This document shows, piece by piece, positions 28,022 to 42,224 of a stretch of 64,000 nucleotides of DNA. The position numbers and the translations under genes are program-made. Positions within the stretch are counted from its first letter, which is position 1, and the number at the start of each line of letters is the position of its first letter. The stretch spans positions 186,001-250,000 of the forward strand of contig CT868664.1 of the NCBI GenBank assembly GCA_000165425.1, given 5' to 3'. The notes beneath the pieces are model-generated. The model did not search any database, had not been told where the DNA came from, and saw only the letters and a list, made by a program, of their open reading frames with translations. The DNA is from Paramecium tetraurelia (taxonomy: Eukaryota).

Positions 28022-29427
28022 ATGGTTTGTTATAATATGGTATTTAATTAAATATTTTATAGCCACTAAAAACATCCATTTATGCTTCTAGACTTAGTAT
28101 TAAGCTTTTGTGGTTCTAACTTCAGAAAAATGATTAAGATGCAAATTCTCAAAATAAAAGCCAACAAGAGTAAATTAATGAATAGAAAAAAATGCAGTTA
28201 GATCTTGGAATAGGAAGTTCTGGTTAGATATAAAGTAGTGAATATTGAATATTAAAAGATCCAAAAAAGCCATCATCAATAGTATCACCAACTGACAATT
28301 ATTTCTAATTGAATGATGAGAAGGAATAAGAAAAGGGTATATTCTGAGAATACAATATCGAAGAGAAGCTATTTGATTTTCAAGGGGATGAGGAGCTAAA
28401 ATTGAATTAAAAACTTGTAAAAGATCAATTTAAATAACGGTAATATAATGAGTTATAAAATAAAGTTCTAAATCTTAAGAGAAATTAAAGAAGGGTTAGA
28501 AAAAGAAGATTAGCAAGAAAAAATAGAACCTTAATGGATTTAAAAGAGTTGTCAAGATATGGTAGCCAGAAGAAGATTAGAGATTGAGAAAACTCTATTA
28601 AGAACATAGGAATATTTATCAATGTTCCTAAAGATGGAGAAGGATTAATCCAAAATAAGTGAATTAGTTATTTTATTCAAGTGTAAATAAAGATGGATTC
28701 AAGATGAGGATACAAAGTTAGTTTCTATGGTAGCCCTTGAAGGCAAAAATTGGACCAAATTAGCCAGACATTTCTAGGAAGAACTGGGAAACAGATTAGA
28801 GAAAGATATCTTAATAAATTAGATCAATTTTTAATTTTGTCCCATGGACAGACTTCGAAGATCAAGAAATAGTAAAATATTACAATTAATGTGGTGCAAA
28901 ATGGAGTTTGGTAGCTTTACATTTAAAAGGAAGATCAGTATTGATCCTAAATACATAGGAAAATATGGTGAAGAACAGGTTTTATTCAAAATATTCAAAA
29001 AAATTTTTTTGGGTCGATATAAAATAAAGACTAGATAATATTTAAATAAGGCAGTAATTAAGAATAAAAGGAGTGCATTTCTTAAACAATTGAGAGAAAT
29101 AAAAATATTGAAGTTGAATATTCTGATATTTCTAATAATGATATGAAGTTATTTAATTCCGAAAACTATTCAGTAATTGTTTAAATTCTAATATTTTAGT
29201 CCTCAATTGGATAGTGTAAATTTCCTTTTTATTATTATGAAAATAATGTATTTTATGAGAACCTTGAATATCTGATCTATAATATTTGTTTTGATCGTGA
29301 GTTCGATAAAAAGCAAGATTATTTTGAATTGTTTTATTCTTTATAATAATACAAAATCATTATTTAGTTAAGACCTGAAAATCCATTGAAAACTGATAAA
29401 ATATTTAAAGATAGTAATTGTATTTGA
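28022..29427 (+). pseudogene. R1R2R3-type Myb gene with apparent deletion and frameshift (pseudogene or assembly error)
   Basis: Myb repeats WQPEED.., WIQDED..RTGKQIRERY, WTDFED..ENMVKNRF. The first repeat lacks its middle helix, and the frame shifts at ~28825-28840 between R2 and R3. Confidence 0.6.
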
Positions 29428-30317
29428 ATATACGGATTATTTCTATTCTATTCTATTCTTAATTTTCATTTATATTTATTCAGTTTATATTATCGTCTAT
29501 ATCATTTTTTATACTGACAATATAAACAATAAATAAATAGATAAAGAAAACGATTTGTCTTATAACATTAGATTGAGGACATCCAACATAGAAGGTAAAT
29601 TTTAGAATCTGAATTATATCTATACCAATGAACAATATGCATTTCCTTCTCAAAATATATGAAAAGTGAATTGAATCTAAATATTACAATCAAGAAAGTA
29701 TTTTAATGTTTAGAATGACTATTATGATCAAAAACATGATATGATTAATTAAGGGAAAATACTTAATGATTGAAATACTAATTAATCTTTTGAAGTTCAA
29801 ACTCTTTTGCTCAACAAATAACATTCAACTTCATTAATATGCATATCAAATTAATAATTTACAGGGTATTAGAGTCAATAATTAATTATGACTATAAAGA
29901 TCTGTATTATCAATAATTTAGTTTATTATCAATACGTGAAAATGGGAGCCTTATATTATCAAGTTCGAAATAAATGGTCATTGATAATTATGTATTTATG
30001 TATATTGCACATTTATAGGTGGAGTTGAATTAGACCATGAGGAAGATTAATTAAAATTAATGTATAGAGATGCGAAAATGGATTATATGAGCGCGTAATA
30101 ATTAATTAAATATCTATTATGAGTAAGAGTACTGAAGTTAAAAATAAAATCTAACGAATAAGAGGTTAATACAAAGTAGTAAGATGAAGAGACATTCTAA
30201 GATGTACGAGTATAGGCATTATGAATTATGATGTTATATAATATTTTAAAATTACTAAATAAATAAATGACAATTCAATTATATGAGGATGATGTTGAAG
30301 AGGAGGAGGAACTAAAG

Positions 30318-30732
30318 TCATAATTTTTAGGTTTTTTGATTTTCTTCTAAATTTTTGTGGATTTCACATTATTTTATGAAATAGTCTTTTTATTTTTTGA
30401 CGAATATTTGCACTATTGTTTTTGCTATTCTTCTTCTAATTTTATTATTGGATGAGGGATATATTTCTATTTTTTTTTATTTTGAACCCTTCTTTGTGTG
30501 TTCTCATTGCTGTTCTCTGATTATTGAAATTATTCAGTTTTCGGTGAATCAAAATTCGTAAATGTCTAATTGAGCTGATAAGGATGCACATTTTTCGTAG
30601 AGTTTAGCTAATACTTTATAGTATTTAGTTTCACTAACAACTCTCATTATTTGTTTTATTTAATAATTTGATTGCTAAACGAAATTGAACCTAAATTTTG
30701 GAAAATCCTTTTATTTATTGAATTAATCATAA
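30318..30732 (-). CDS. Possible small hypothetical protein
   Basis: Open frame STKNVHPYQLNQTFTNFDSPKTE...RRRIAKTIVQIF...QKL* ending at TGA 30318; 5' end uncertain. Confidence 0.3.
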
Positions 30733-30825
30733 ATTATTATATGTGCGAATAAGAGTAATGGATAATCATAAGAATAAGATTAGGGGTATAATTAATGATG
30801 GTAATATTATTAAATGTTTACATCT

Positions 30826-31765
30826 TCATGCTAATAATCCTTAAGTTATTTGATGCATTAACTTCTCTTAGTTTTTTTCATCTGGTACAAAACATACTTT
30901 AGTTCCATTGCTGCCAGCCAATTGTTACAGTGTTTCTAGATATCTTACTTGCATGGCAGTTTTAGAATCTAAAAATTCAGATGCTTATCTCATCAGTTTG
31001 GCTGACTCAACATCGGCTTTGGCACTTATAAGTTTACCTTAGGCCAACCTCTATTCTGTGGCTGCTGAACCTAGTGCTTATTAGAGATCAGGAGACAATT
31101 GGATGTCCTTCATGTAGATGTTATCAATTAATACACCCCTAAATTTATAATTCTATATACCAATCTTTTACATATTCATCAACTTAGTCTTCTATCTAAT
31201 CTGCTACTTCTTATCTTTTTTCAAGTAAATCTTAGAGTACAAAGGATCCCACTGTGTTTTTGAGGACAGCATAAGTAATTTGACGGACTGCTTAATCATA
31301 GTTCTCCACTCTATAAACAGCAAATCGAGAAGTTTTGATTCTATAATAAACAGACGCATCTATGGAAATAGTTACATTATCTTTTGTCATAACAGACTAA
31401 AGAATATGTATTATACATTACTTATCTATCTAAATCGATAACAGTAATTCTCAAGTCTAGTTGTTCTAAGGTGTCTGTACAAGGATTGACATAATGTAAT
31501 CCTGGTCTAACTACTTTGATATGTCTTCCAAATCTTTTGAACAATCCTTCAGTGCCTAGAATATAAATGGGAATTATGAACCTTATTCAACTTCTTGGTA
31601 TGGATAATTAACACACATACAGAAAATACAAGGAATCCAGGTTCTCAAACAACCAAAACATTCTCCCAAACAATATTAGCATTTGGCATATGCAATCATT
31701 GTTTGATTATCTTGGAATTCTGGAACTTCCAAATGAGCTATCTTTCTTCTTGAATGAGCATTCAT
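30826..31765 (-). CDS. Stomatin / SPFH (band 7) protein
   Basis: Cys-rich N-terminal hairpin CLGECFGCLRTWIPCIFCMC, 'RFGRHIKVVRPGLHYVNPCTD', 'QSVMTKDNVTISIDASVYYRI', 'SKTAMQVRYLETLQQL'; three introns. Confidence 0.92.
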
Positions 31766-31795
31766 ATTCAATCTAATTTATTAATAAAATCAATT

Positions 31796-34700
31796 ATGAA
31801 TTATAACCACCATCAAATTGTTGAAAAATGGTTATCCCGATTCAGAAGATGTCTCTCCTTGTGTTATCCAGATGACTCCTAAATGATAACCATGGAATTA
31901 CATAAAGGAAATGTTTAGTTGCTCAGTGTTCCTTAGAATAAGAATATTTTCAACACACGTAAATATACAGTAAATATACTCATCCATAATTTTTAGTTCC
32001 TCAACTTTCTACCCAAAACACTTTTCACAGGTTTAGTCAGATTCGGAAACATCTATTTACTTGCCATTTCATTGATCATGCTCATAGATCCCACTCTCTC
32101 CCCCTTTTATCGTTGGATCACTATTTTCCCCATTGGCCTAAGTGTACTCCTCTACGTTATCATTGAATTTGTTCTTGACATTCGCCGACAGAGTCATGAT
32201 CATAAAATCAACATGCAAACAACTTCAAGAGGCGCCAAAGATGGCTCAATTGAGACCATCAAATGGAGTGATATTCAAATTGGCGACGTTTTATACCTCA
32301 TCAAAGGAGATATTGTACCTGCTGATATCATACTCTTGGATACTGGATAAGTCAGAGATCGAGAAGCTATCTGTATGGTAGATACCTAATATTATGATGG
32401 CAAATCGAGTCTAACCAAAAAGAAGTCCTCCTATCTAACTTAATTGATTGTCTTGAGAACCAGATTGAAGAATTAATTCCCAGAATACAGAAAGATGTTA
32501 ACTGGCAAATTAGAATATGAAGCACCTAATGGAAATACACAAAGGTTTCATGCTCGATTGAAACTGAAAAAAGATCCAAAAAATGAAGAATTAACTATAG
32601 ATAATTTCATTCCCAAAGGAACTAAAATTAAATAGACATCCTGGTTATTTGGTTTAGCAGTATATGTTGGTCACAATACTAAAACCATGCAGAGTAGTCA
32701 TTATGGAGCATAAAAGTAGAGTTTTGAGGAAAAACAGTGTAATTTCTACTCCTTCCTCATGGCCTGTTTATCATTATTTTTTACATTAATATCAATAATT
32801 GTGCTATTGGCTAGATCGGATGAAAACAGTTTCGCTTTAATAATAGACAGCTACACAACTAATGGGATGAAAGTATTTTAATTAGCCATATTGTATGCCT
32901 AATTAATCCCAGCTACTTTGTATTTATTATTCGATATTGTGAACTTCATCTCAGTATTTAAATTTGAAATCAATCAAATCGAAGAGAATTTGGTGAAATA
33001 TGTGAAAATCAACTCATCTAATAATTTATGTGATTTAGGTCATGTTGATTATATGTTGATTGATAAGACAGGCACCTTAACTACATCTTATTATAAATTG
33101 GATAACTTATTGTTCGGATAATTAGCATTCAGTCTCAATTATGATTAATTATAATTGACATTAAACCTAAAATCAGCAAAATAAGATGATATCGAAGACC
33201 CGTTAAAATATGCAAGTATAAATGATAACAATGAATATTTGATTCCCTTTGAGTATGATAAGAAGAGCAATCAAACAACTGAAGTTTAACCAAGTGGGAA
33301 ATTATTGCTGAAAAGTGTTAAGACTTCCAACAATAATCCAATCTTTAATTAAATCACTGCCTAGCCAATCAGTAAAAGATAGACCTTTCTCAATATGGAT
33401 GTTTAATATTAACAACAGATTCCAGATTATTCATAGACAAGAATGTTTCTACCTCAACCAAAACATAAAAATAGTCCAGGCAATAATAACGATGAATTTA
33501 TGCAATTAGTCAATTAACTAAGGAATAGTTCACCCTAGAAGGAGTACTTGCAGACAAAAGACATTAATACATTGTATTATGATGCCTTCTTGAAGTGCTT
33601 GATGTTATGTCATGAAGCAAGACCAGTTTTTGGGGCTGATTCAATAACTTACGAATCATTTTCCAAGAATGAGGAGATTTCATTAACATTTGCCCGTTCT
33701 TGTGGTTACTAATTGGAGAACTTTAATAAATTCGATAGTCCAGATATATACTTATGTAAAGTGAGGGGAAACTCAATTTGGTATCAAGTATTAGGATTAA
33801 ATTTATTTACCTACAATAGAAATTTGAATTCTGTAGTAGTCTAAGTACCAACGACTATGGATCTCGAATTGGGCCAAGAACATGAGGCTCTGAATTAATT
33901 ATGTGGAGAAGGCTCTAAAAATAAATCATTGTTGATTTGTAAAGGAGATTATGAAGCAATCAAGTTAAAGCTGTAATTAAATCATAAGGAAAGAGAAGAG
34001 TTAGATGCTTATATTCAAAACTATAAAGTCAGAGGTATAAGAATGATAGTATATGCAACAAGAGTGTTGAGTGATAAAGAAACTGAGAATTATAAACAAA
34101 AATTCAATTTGTTGCACAGTTCTCTGACTAATTAGGATAGTTTATTGGAAGAATTGGCTTTGGAATATGAAAAGGAATTAAACTTAATGGGAATGATAGG
34201 ATTCAAAGAGGAATTAAAGAGTGATGCTTTAGATTTTATTAAGACAGTAAAAGAGTGCAATATCAACATTTGGTTATTGAGTGGCGATTAAGAAGCATAG
34301 ACCATTAGTTGTGCTTAGGCTTTGGAAATGACTGAGACTTCTAAATATCTAAGGATTGTAGCAACAGAGAAGGAATAGATATGGCTTTAAATAAATACTG
34401 CAATAGGATAGATATAGAGTGAATTGTAGAAAATACAAGAGAAGCAATTAATTAAACAATAAGAGAAACAAGCACAATAATCAATGAGTAGAAGTATGAT
34501 TAAATCAAGTGTAACATTATTTGAGGGAGCATCCTATTAATAGATGTTATAATTTGTGTTGGTTGTAAATGGAAACTCTTTATCAATAATAAGTGAATCA
34601 CCAGATCTAATGAGTCATTTTAGATTCTTGTCCTGTGTTTGTAAGAATGTAATTGGATTTAACATGAATCCACAATAGAAAGAATTAGCCTGTATAATCA

Positions 34701-37700
34701 TCAAGGATTACTTTCCAAATAAACCAACCATTCTAGGAGTAGGAGATGGTTATAATGATGCTCTTATGATGCAAGCCTCTCATATCAGTATTGAAATAAT
34801 CAATAGCAAACTAAACCACATATATCCATAAGTGAATGCTGGCGACATTAGTGTTAATACATTAAAAGAGATAAAAGTATTATTGCTATAGAAGTGCAAA
34901 TTGCACTCGGAACGTGTCTCTTCTATGATAATATATCTATTTTATTGTGCAGGCTTTTTGGGTATGACACTCTTCTTTTTCAATTGGTTTTGTTAGTTTA
35001 CTGCTACTTCCTTACATGATTCAATGACTGTATTTTTATTCATATTCTTATACACAACTCCTAATGCTTTGGTTATTGGATTAGCTGATTTGGAAACTAA
35101 TCCTTTGGTTAACACAACAATTCCTACTTTATATGTGGATGGCCAAATCAGAACTAAAAGGTTTGGATTTTATTATTTGATTGAAGCATTTTTGGAATCA
35201 TTTATATCAGCTGCCTTCACTTTCTATTCATGCACATATATGGTTAATTATGCTTGGACTAATGATGGTCATCAAAGTGATTTCTAAATGGTAGCAACCA
35301 GCATCATTTACGTTGTAATTACAGTATCAGCATTAAAGGTGTTATTTAGACTGATCCAACATAATGTACACATTGTCATCATTATTTCCTTACTTACATT
35401 TGGATTACTGGTTGGATTTGTATTTCTGAATTACAGAGGAAATTTTAGTGATTTTGATTACTAAGAATTGACTTATCAATTATTCACTAGATTTAATAGC
35501 ATAGTAGCAATAGTCTTTTGTTTATTTGGATGCTTCTTCATAAATTACTTCCTTCATGATTTCATTAAACTGAATATATTTCCAACGGTCTATTAATAAT
35601 TTGCATTTATTAATTGGGATGGTACATAATGGGAAGATGCCTCTCACTTGCATATATTAAATTAATGCCTAGATCAACATGTGTAACTATTCTATTTAAA
35701 TTTAGTAATGTCTCTACTATCATACAAAACGTGTTTATTGATTGTTCTACCACGTCTCCTTACATCTCCGAAATGCTCAATCCTGGAGACACAAAAGTAA
35801 CTGAAATGAAACTCAAACCCTTGACTTTGGAAATGAAGGAATTGGTCCTCGAATAAAAGTTCCTTGCTCATAAATTGTCTCAATCACTCAGTCACTTACG
35901 TTTCTTCCTGTGCATTTTACTAATCTATTTCATAGCCTATTGCTTAACTGATTTCTTCATCAATGATCTTAGAGTATTCACTGGAGTCTATTATTTGATT
36001 ATCTTCGGCATTGTATTCTTAATTTTACTGTTGACATGCACATCAATAATGGAATAACAGTACTATACTTATTCACATTTGACTGTTCTGATCATATTTG
36101 CACTTAAAGTTGCTATAGATTGGTTATCAGACGATTTAACTATTACATTATCTGCAACATTGGTAATCTTGTTTAGTACATTTAATACTATGAATATGAC
36201 AGTCATACCTATTATGTTATACAATATCTGTTATTTGATACAGTTGATTGTAAGGATATTAATTATTGTTGTATCTACTGATTTAAGCACTTCAAATGGA
36301 ACATACACCTAAAGCAGGATTTCTGTTTATGCTGCTTGCACTTAAATATTGTTGGTCATCAGCATTACAATAAGATTTTTGTTCACTTATTATAAATCAA
36401 TAAAGCATAGAAGAAATGATTATTTAGCCAAGTATTCAATTGAATAAGACAATATGACTGCATAAGACATTTTGAGTATTCTTGTTCCTAGATTTGTCAG
36501 ACAATAAATATCAACTGGAATTTATTCAATGCAATAAGCATAAGATGATGTATCAATCTTATTCGCTTATATTTGTGATTTTGATACTATTATGAAAGAG
36601 GAAGGTAAGAATGTTGTTTTGATGTTGGATTCTCTATTTAGATTGTATGATAATTTATGCATCCAACATGGTGTTCAAAAGATAGAAACAGTTGGATACA
36701 CTTACATGGCAGCAACAGGAATCAAGGCTTGTGAATAGAATATGACTGCTCATGTAATTAGAACCGAGAAAACTATGAGATTGGTCAATATGGCATTTGA
36801 TATGATGTAATAAGTATAAGGAAGAAAATATGGAAAAGGCAATCAGATAGAAATGAAGATTGGAATCCATGTAGGCAGAGTAATTGCAGGTGTTATTGGA
36901 CATCATAAACCATAATTTTCATTAATAGGTGATCCAGTGAATCAGACAAGTAGAGTAGGTTCTACTGGAGATACTGGAGCAATTACTTTAAGTGAATAAG
37001 CCTTTAAATAAGCCAGACATGGAATTAAATATTACTCAAAGAAACAGAAAGAGGCCAAGGGATTAGGAATAATAGATACTTATTAAGTGTTTAAGACTAA
37101 GCCACCAGGATATCAAGTACCTAAGGCATTTCTACTTTGGCAGAATTGTACAAAGATTGTCGTAAAGGATCTAAGGTAGTAAAGAAGTCAAAGGTAGATA
37201 GTATCGAAAAAGGGGTAATTCTTATCCTAACTGTAAAACTCAATTTATGTGGATAATATGAAACAATCAAATAGACTAGAAATATCTCCAAAAGCCCCTC
37301 AAACAGTATAATTTTTAATGCCACAAAATTCACCTTAAGAAGTAGACAATAAATCTAGACTGTCAGTGCCAGTCTAACCATCAGAAGCAGTGTTGACAGA
37401 TGAATCTGTGTTTATGACGAATGAATAGGAGGACAATGGGGAATTAGATTTAATTAAGCCTAACTTGATTTTGAATATACCTGAGAATGAGATCAAATGC
37501 AACTTCATTTAAATTCTGAAAGAGTAGAATTTAGATGAATCTAAAGTAGGCATTGTATTCTTATGGTTCACTTATTTCGTAATCACATTGTTATCAATAA
37601 TTGTTCGCAAACTATTCTAATACAATCTTCTTATTTTTGTTTTAAGAGTACTATTACTTAATTATATACTAGGCAATATTTTTAATCCTTGTGATAGTGC

Positions 37701-38830
37701 TATTCCCAATTTTATCTAAAGCCTACAGGAACAAATTGGTGAATCTAATGTATTTCCTGCTATTGATATATGCTGTCTTTACAGTCTTATTTTAGGCCTA
37801 CCTGACTGACAATTCAGAAGTAGCCATCATATGTCTTTTGGAGATACTGTACATAATGATTGTGACTTGCTAATTGAAGATGTTCACTTTCTTATAAGTG
37901 ATCATATATATGTTCATAATGTTAGGATTTTTCTTGGGCTTTTACATAGCTTCAGATTTAGTAACTCATTTTGCAATCTTCTACATTTGTTGTTGCATGC
38001 TCATCCTATTATTAGGTTACTATTTGGCAATGAGAGAATAGATTCAAATGTTTAACAATCTGCAAATCAACGAGGATAAGAAAGTCAAATAAATCAATTT
38101 GGTGAGTCAATTATTGCCCATGCACTCCTATTTAAAGATGAAGAATAGTTCAATATACGACAAGAGTGATTTCATAGATGAATTTGAAGATGTCACTCTA
38201 TTATTTGCAGATATCAAGGGATTTACTGAATATTCACATACCTAAACTCCAGAAGGAGTTGTGACCATGCTTAGGAATCTCTTTACAGAATTCGACAAAT
38301 TATGTTAAAGATACAATGTGTATAAGATGTATACAATCGGTGACTGTTATGTTGTAATGGGATTCACAAACAGTGCCAAAAGAAATGTAAATATTTTATC
38401 TTATTTTCATTAGCCCATTTAAGAAGCCATAAATACAGTGAAAATGGGATTCTAGATGGTGGAGATTATAATGTAAGTGAGATTGAAGATCAAATTTGAT
38501 AAACTCAATATGAGAATAGGTATTCACACTGGTCAAGTCACAGGAGGAATCATTGGAACTGATATTGTGAGATATGACATTTATGGCAAAGATGTATCTA
38601 TTGCCAATAAGATGGAGAGCAGTGGAGAAGAAGGCAGAGTTCAAGTCTCATAAACTACTAAGTAAATGATTGAGAGGGCAGAGAAACACCCATTTAAGTT
38701 CAAATTCCATCATGTAATCATTTCAAATTTATTTTAGGATGTTGAATTAAGCAAATTTAACATGAGCACTAAAGGTTATTTAGTAGAATGGGATAAAATA
38801 AGGGATGAAGTCAGTATTGAATAACAGTGA
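31796..38830 (+). CDS. Alveolate bifunctional P4-ATPase-like / guanylyl cyclase (~2300 aa)
   Basis: ATPase motifs FLNFLPK, IVPADIILL, LIDKTGTLT (~33056-33082), LSGD, GDGYND. Two TM blocks with cyclase domains 'VSILFAYICDF..KIETVGYTYMAATG' and 'VTLLFADIKGFT..KMYTIGDCYVVMG..RYDIYGKDVSIANKMESSG'. Confidence 0.95.
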
Positions 38831-39149
38831 TACTTACATATTTTAAATTTTAATATTTACAATTATTATAATTATTTAATTATACACTTTTATTCCATTT
38901 TATTTGAATCCGACCAATAAAATGCTATCTTAATTTAAGTTCAAAATTGCATAGACAACCTATCCATTTGAAGAACTCCTTCTTCATTATTGTTTATTAC
39001 TTGTGTAAGACACATTTACTGTTAAGAATATGTAGTTGTTATACACTTGAATTGATTTTATTGATATGGGTATAAAAAAGAGTGCAGGAATGCTGAAGAG
39101 AATAACAGTTGAATTTGAATTAATTAAATCTTGAATACACTATAAAAAC

Positions 39150-39458
39150 TCATGCTCCAAAGCCATAAAGTGTTCTTCCTTATCTCTTCAATGAGTAAAC
39201 AACATCCATGACTGTGACTGTCTTTCTTCTTGCATGCTCTGTGTATGTGATGGCATCTCTAACAACATTCTCCAAGAAGCTCTTTAAAACATTTCTTGAG
39301 TCATCATAAAGGAATGATGAAATTCTTTTGACTCCACCTCTTCTTGCTAATCTTCTGATTGCTGGTTTTGTGATTCCTTCAATCGAAGCCTTATTTGGTT
39401 TTCTGGCATGTCTTTTAGCACTGACTTTGCCAATTCCCTTTCCTGATTTTCCTGCCAT
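39150..39458 (-). CDS. H4: Histone H4
   Basis: [20 protein letters not shown]...[20 protein letters not shown]...[14 protein letters not shown]. Intronless; the Gln of KRQGR is encoded by TAA. Confidence 0.98.
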
Positions 39459-40061
39459 TTTGTCTTTTATTATATTTGAAATTAATGGAAATAAAATTAA
39501 GAGGTTGTATATTGTAATTTTAAATCCAAATATTCATAAATCAACCAATCATAATTTTATTTAGAAAAGTTAATTTTTATAGCTAGATAAAAATGTTACA
39601 ATTAAATAAATACTAATAAAGCCATTAAATATTTAATTTAAACAATCATTAAAAACCCTAAATCTAATATAATTCTTCACTTCTATAATTTTGATATCCA
39701 TAATCAATTCCCAAGTTGATTATGTTTTCTTAGAGTTATGGAGATCTTTAGTTTAAATTTAATTAACTTTCAAAAATACTTTAAGTTATTTCATTTGTGT
39801 TAGAATTTCTTTACATTAACTTTTTAAAAATCAATCATTTTTAATGTTTGTTGAGACATTTATTAATTATGAAGTAGCATTATAAAAATATTTGCCATTT
39901 TATAAGTTTTTGCTAGTTTTAGATTTAGAGATATATGAGTATAGTTGTTTATCACTCTAATTGAATTTAAACACTTAATTCAAATAAATTAAGAATATGT
40001 TAATATTCCTCAATAATTATTGTTAATGCTATTTAAATTATTTAAAATAATTTTATTAATA

Positions 40062-42224
40062 ATGTCCAATAACACACTAAAAAAATGGATGGAATCATTT
40101 AATGATCTCTTAGGCGATCTCACCAAAAAGATTCAACACTCCTACGATAAGAGTATCAAACAATAACAAAAAGGAGAAGAAGGATCAAATAATGATTGGA
40201 TTAAATATTTGCCATTAAATTAACTTGCTTTTGATAATCAAGATGTTTATAGAATGAAATACATAAATGATAGATTTGTTTTAAGCCAATTCATTTTCTA
40301 GCAAAGGTATGACGAATAAGAATACTAAGTTAAATTATTGAATAATGTTTCAGAAACAGAAATATTACAAGAATAATATCGAAATTCAATTTTTGAGTTC
40401 TGTATGAATGATAATAATGCCCTCCTTTTAAGTAATAATTCATACTTAATCTTTAGTAAAATAATCAGTCAAAACAAATAATAGTCGAAGTGAATAGTAA
40501 TAACTTCTCTTAATCAAGGAGGTTTATGCAGGATTTATTCAAGATGATAAGCTATATCTTTACCTCATTAAAAATATCAACCTCTGCTAATAGGCGGGAT
40601 TTCATCCACTAAATCCCAATTATCTGGTTCTTCTTTAAGCATCTCAAGAATTGAATAAATAACACACTTATCAAAAGTAATATAGTATTTTATCAATATA
40701 GGGAATAATAATTCCTAATCTTTGAAACTAGAGATCTCAGACAACCAATTGTAAGAATGAATTTGAATTCTGCTATGAATGGAAATGCATTAGCTTTTTC
40801 TTTTGCTTCAACAGAAGATCCTAATTCATTCCTCATCTACTTTTTAAATAACTAAGGAATCATATATTATTATGAATTCATTCTACCAAATATGACTTTC
40901 AGACTATAAACTAAAATGTATTTACAGGCATAAAAGCAAGAATTGGTTCAGTTTGTAAAAGACAAGTCAGAAAAAGAATTCAAAATCAATTATAACTTTA
41001 CTACATAGGATGATTATCAGAAAGGAAGTATTAAATTTTAATCATTTTCAAATATAAATTACTAATTGCCAAAAAGTAATTATGTTCAATTTCAAAAATT
41101 GGCAATTGCAGATTATTATTTATTCTTTATTGTTTCTAAACAAGCCAATGAAGATATTATTGTTTAAGCAGTAATTGGAAAAGACTTACAAACCTTATAT
41201 GAAATATATTAAGATGAAATTAGATTTCCCAAATCGGTTGATAATGATCTCCTAATATCACATCTACGTAAATGTGAGTTGCCTAAAATTGTGTATTGTA
41301 GTGAGAATGTAACCTATGTAGTGTAAAATCAATTTGATTTGCCTAACAGACATCAACTACTTCTGCTTTATCATAATTCATTAATTTCAATTGATTTTTC
41401 AAATGTGGTTCAATATAAGTAAGATTAATCTCCTATAAATGTTACTTGCATTGATTTATTACCTTTTTCAAGCATAGATTAAAGTTCATCAGAATAATTC
41501 ATACTTTAAGTGTTATGTCTGGATCTATACAAGTCCAAATAGTTACTATTAAGAACTACAAATAAGGCCCAAAAATAAACCTTTCAACTTATACCTTAGA
41601 AATTACTCTTGGGTTTGACAGAATAAAATTCAGAAATCAACAAAATTGCATTAGATTTCTATTAAGCATAAAATGTTTATTTGATGAATAAAGCTATTTT
41701 GCAACAATTCAAAAAATATCTTGTAGCTATTAGTGATAAGAGACTCCCCTAATGCAAAACAGAGGAAGATATAATATCTATCAATGAAGATCTTTCAACC
41801 GGTTTTCAGAAATCTATCAAAGGAGTGGCAATCAAAATTAAATTAGAGTCTGAAAATGTAATAAATTAAATCAATACCTTAGATGTATAATGACATTGAA
41901 TTAAAAAGAAAAGGAGACCTAACTCAATAGGAGGAAAGAAATCTATATCTATAGAAAAAGATATCAGAGAAAAATGAAAAGATAAATTCTCTACTTGAAA
42001 GATTATAATCTACACCATCGGCTGTAATAAGATAATAATTAATAAATTAACAATAATAATCTGATTTAGAGTAATTTCAACTGTAATTTGATAAAATTCA
42101 AGAACAAATTAGATAGAATAAACGACAACTGGAGGATTAAATTTAAATAAGTAATAGAACAAAGTAAGAGATTGAAGCCATTTAATCTAATCTGATTTAG
42201 TAAATATTATAAAAAAAAGATTGA
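40062..42224 (+). CDS. Beta-propeller + coiled-coil protein, Nup88/Nup82-like nucleoporin
   Basis: 'GFHPLNPNYLVLL', 'NALAFSFASTEDPNSFLIYFLNNQGIIYYYEFILP', and a C-terminal Q/E/K-rich coiled coil. Confidence 0.55.

Noticed and set aside
29800..30300. Coding-like + strand fragments
   Set aside because: Multiple TGA stops and no consistent exon model.
35692..38644. Minus-strand ORF-track entries inside the guanylyl cyclase (similarly 1719-1952, 39328-39564, 56433-56995, 61022-61261 elsewhere)
   Set aside because: Antisense shadows of well-supported genes on the opposite strand.
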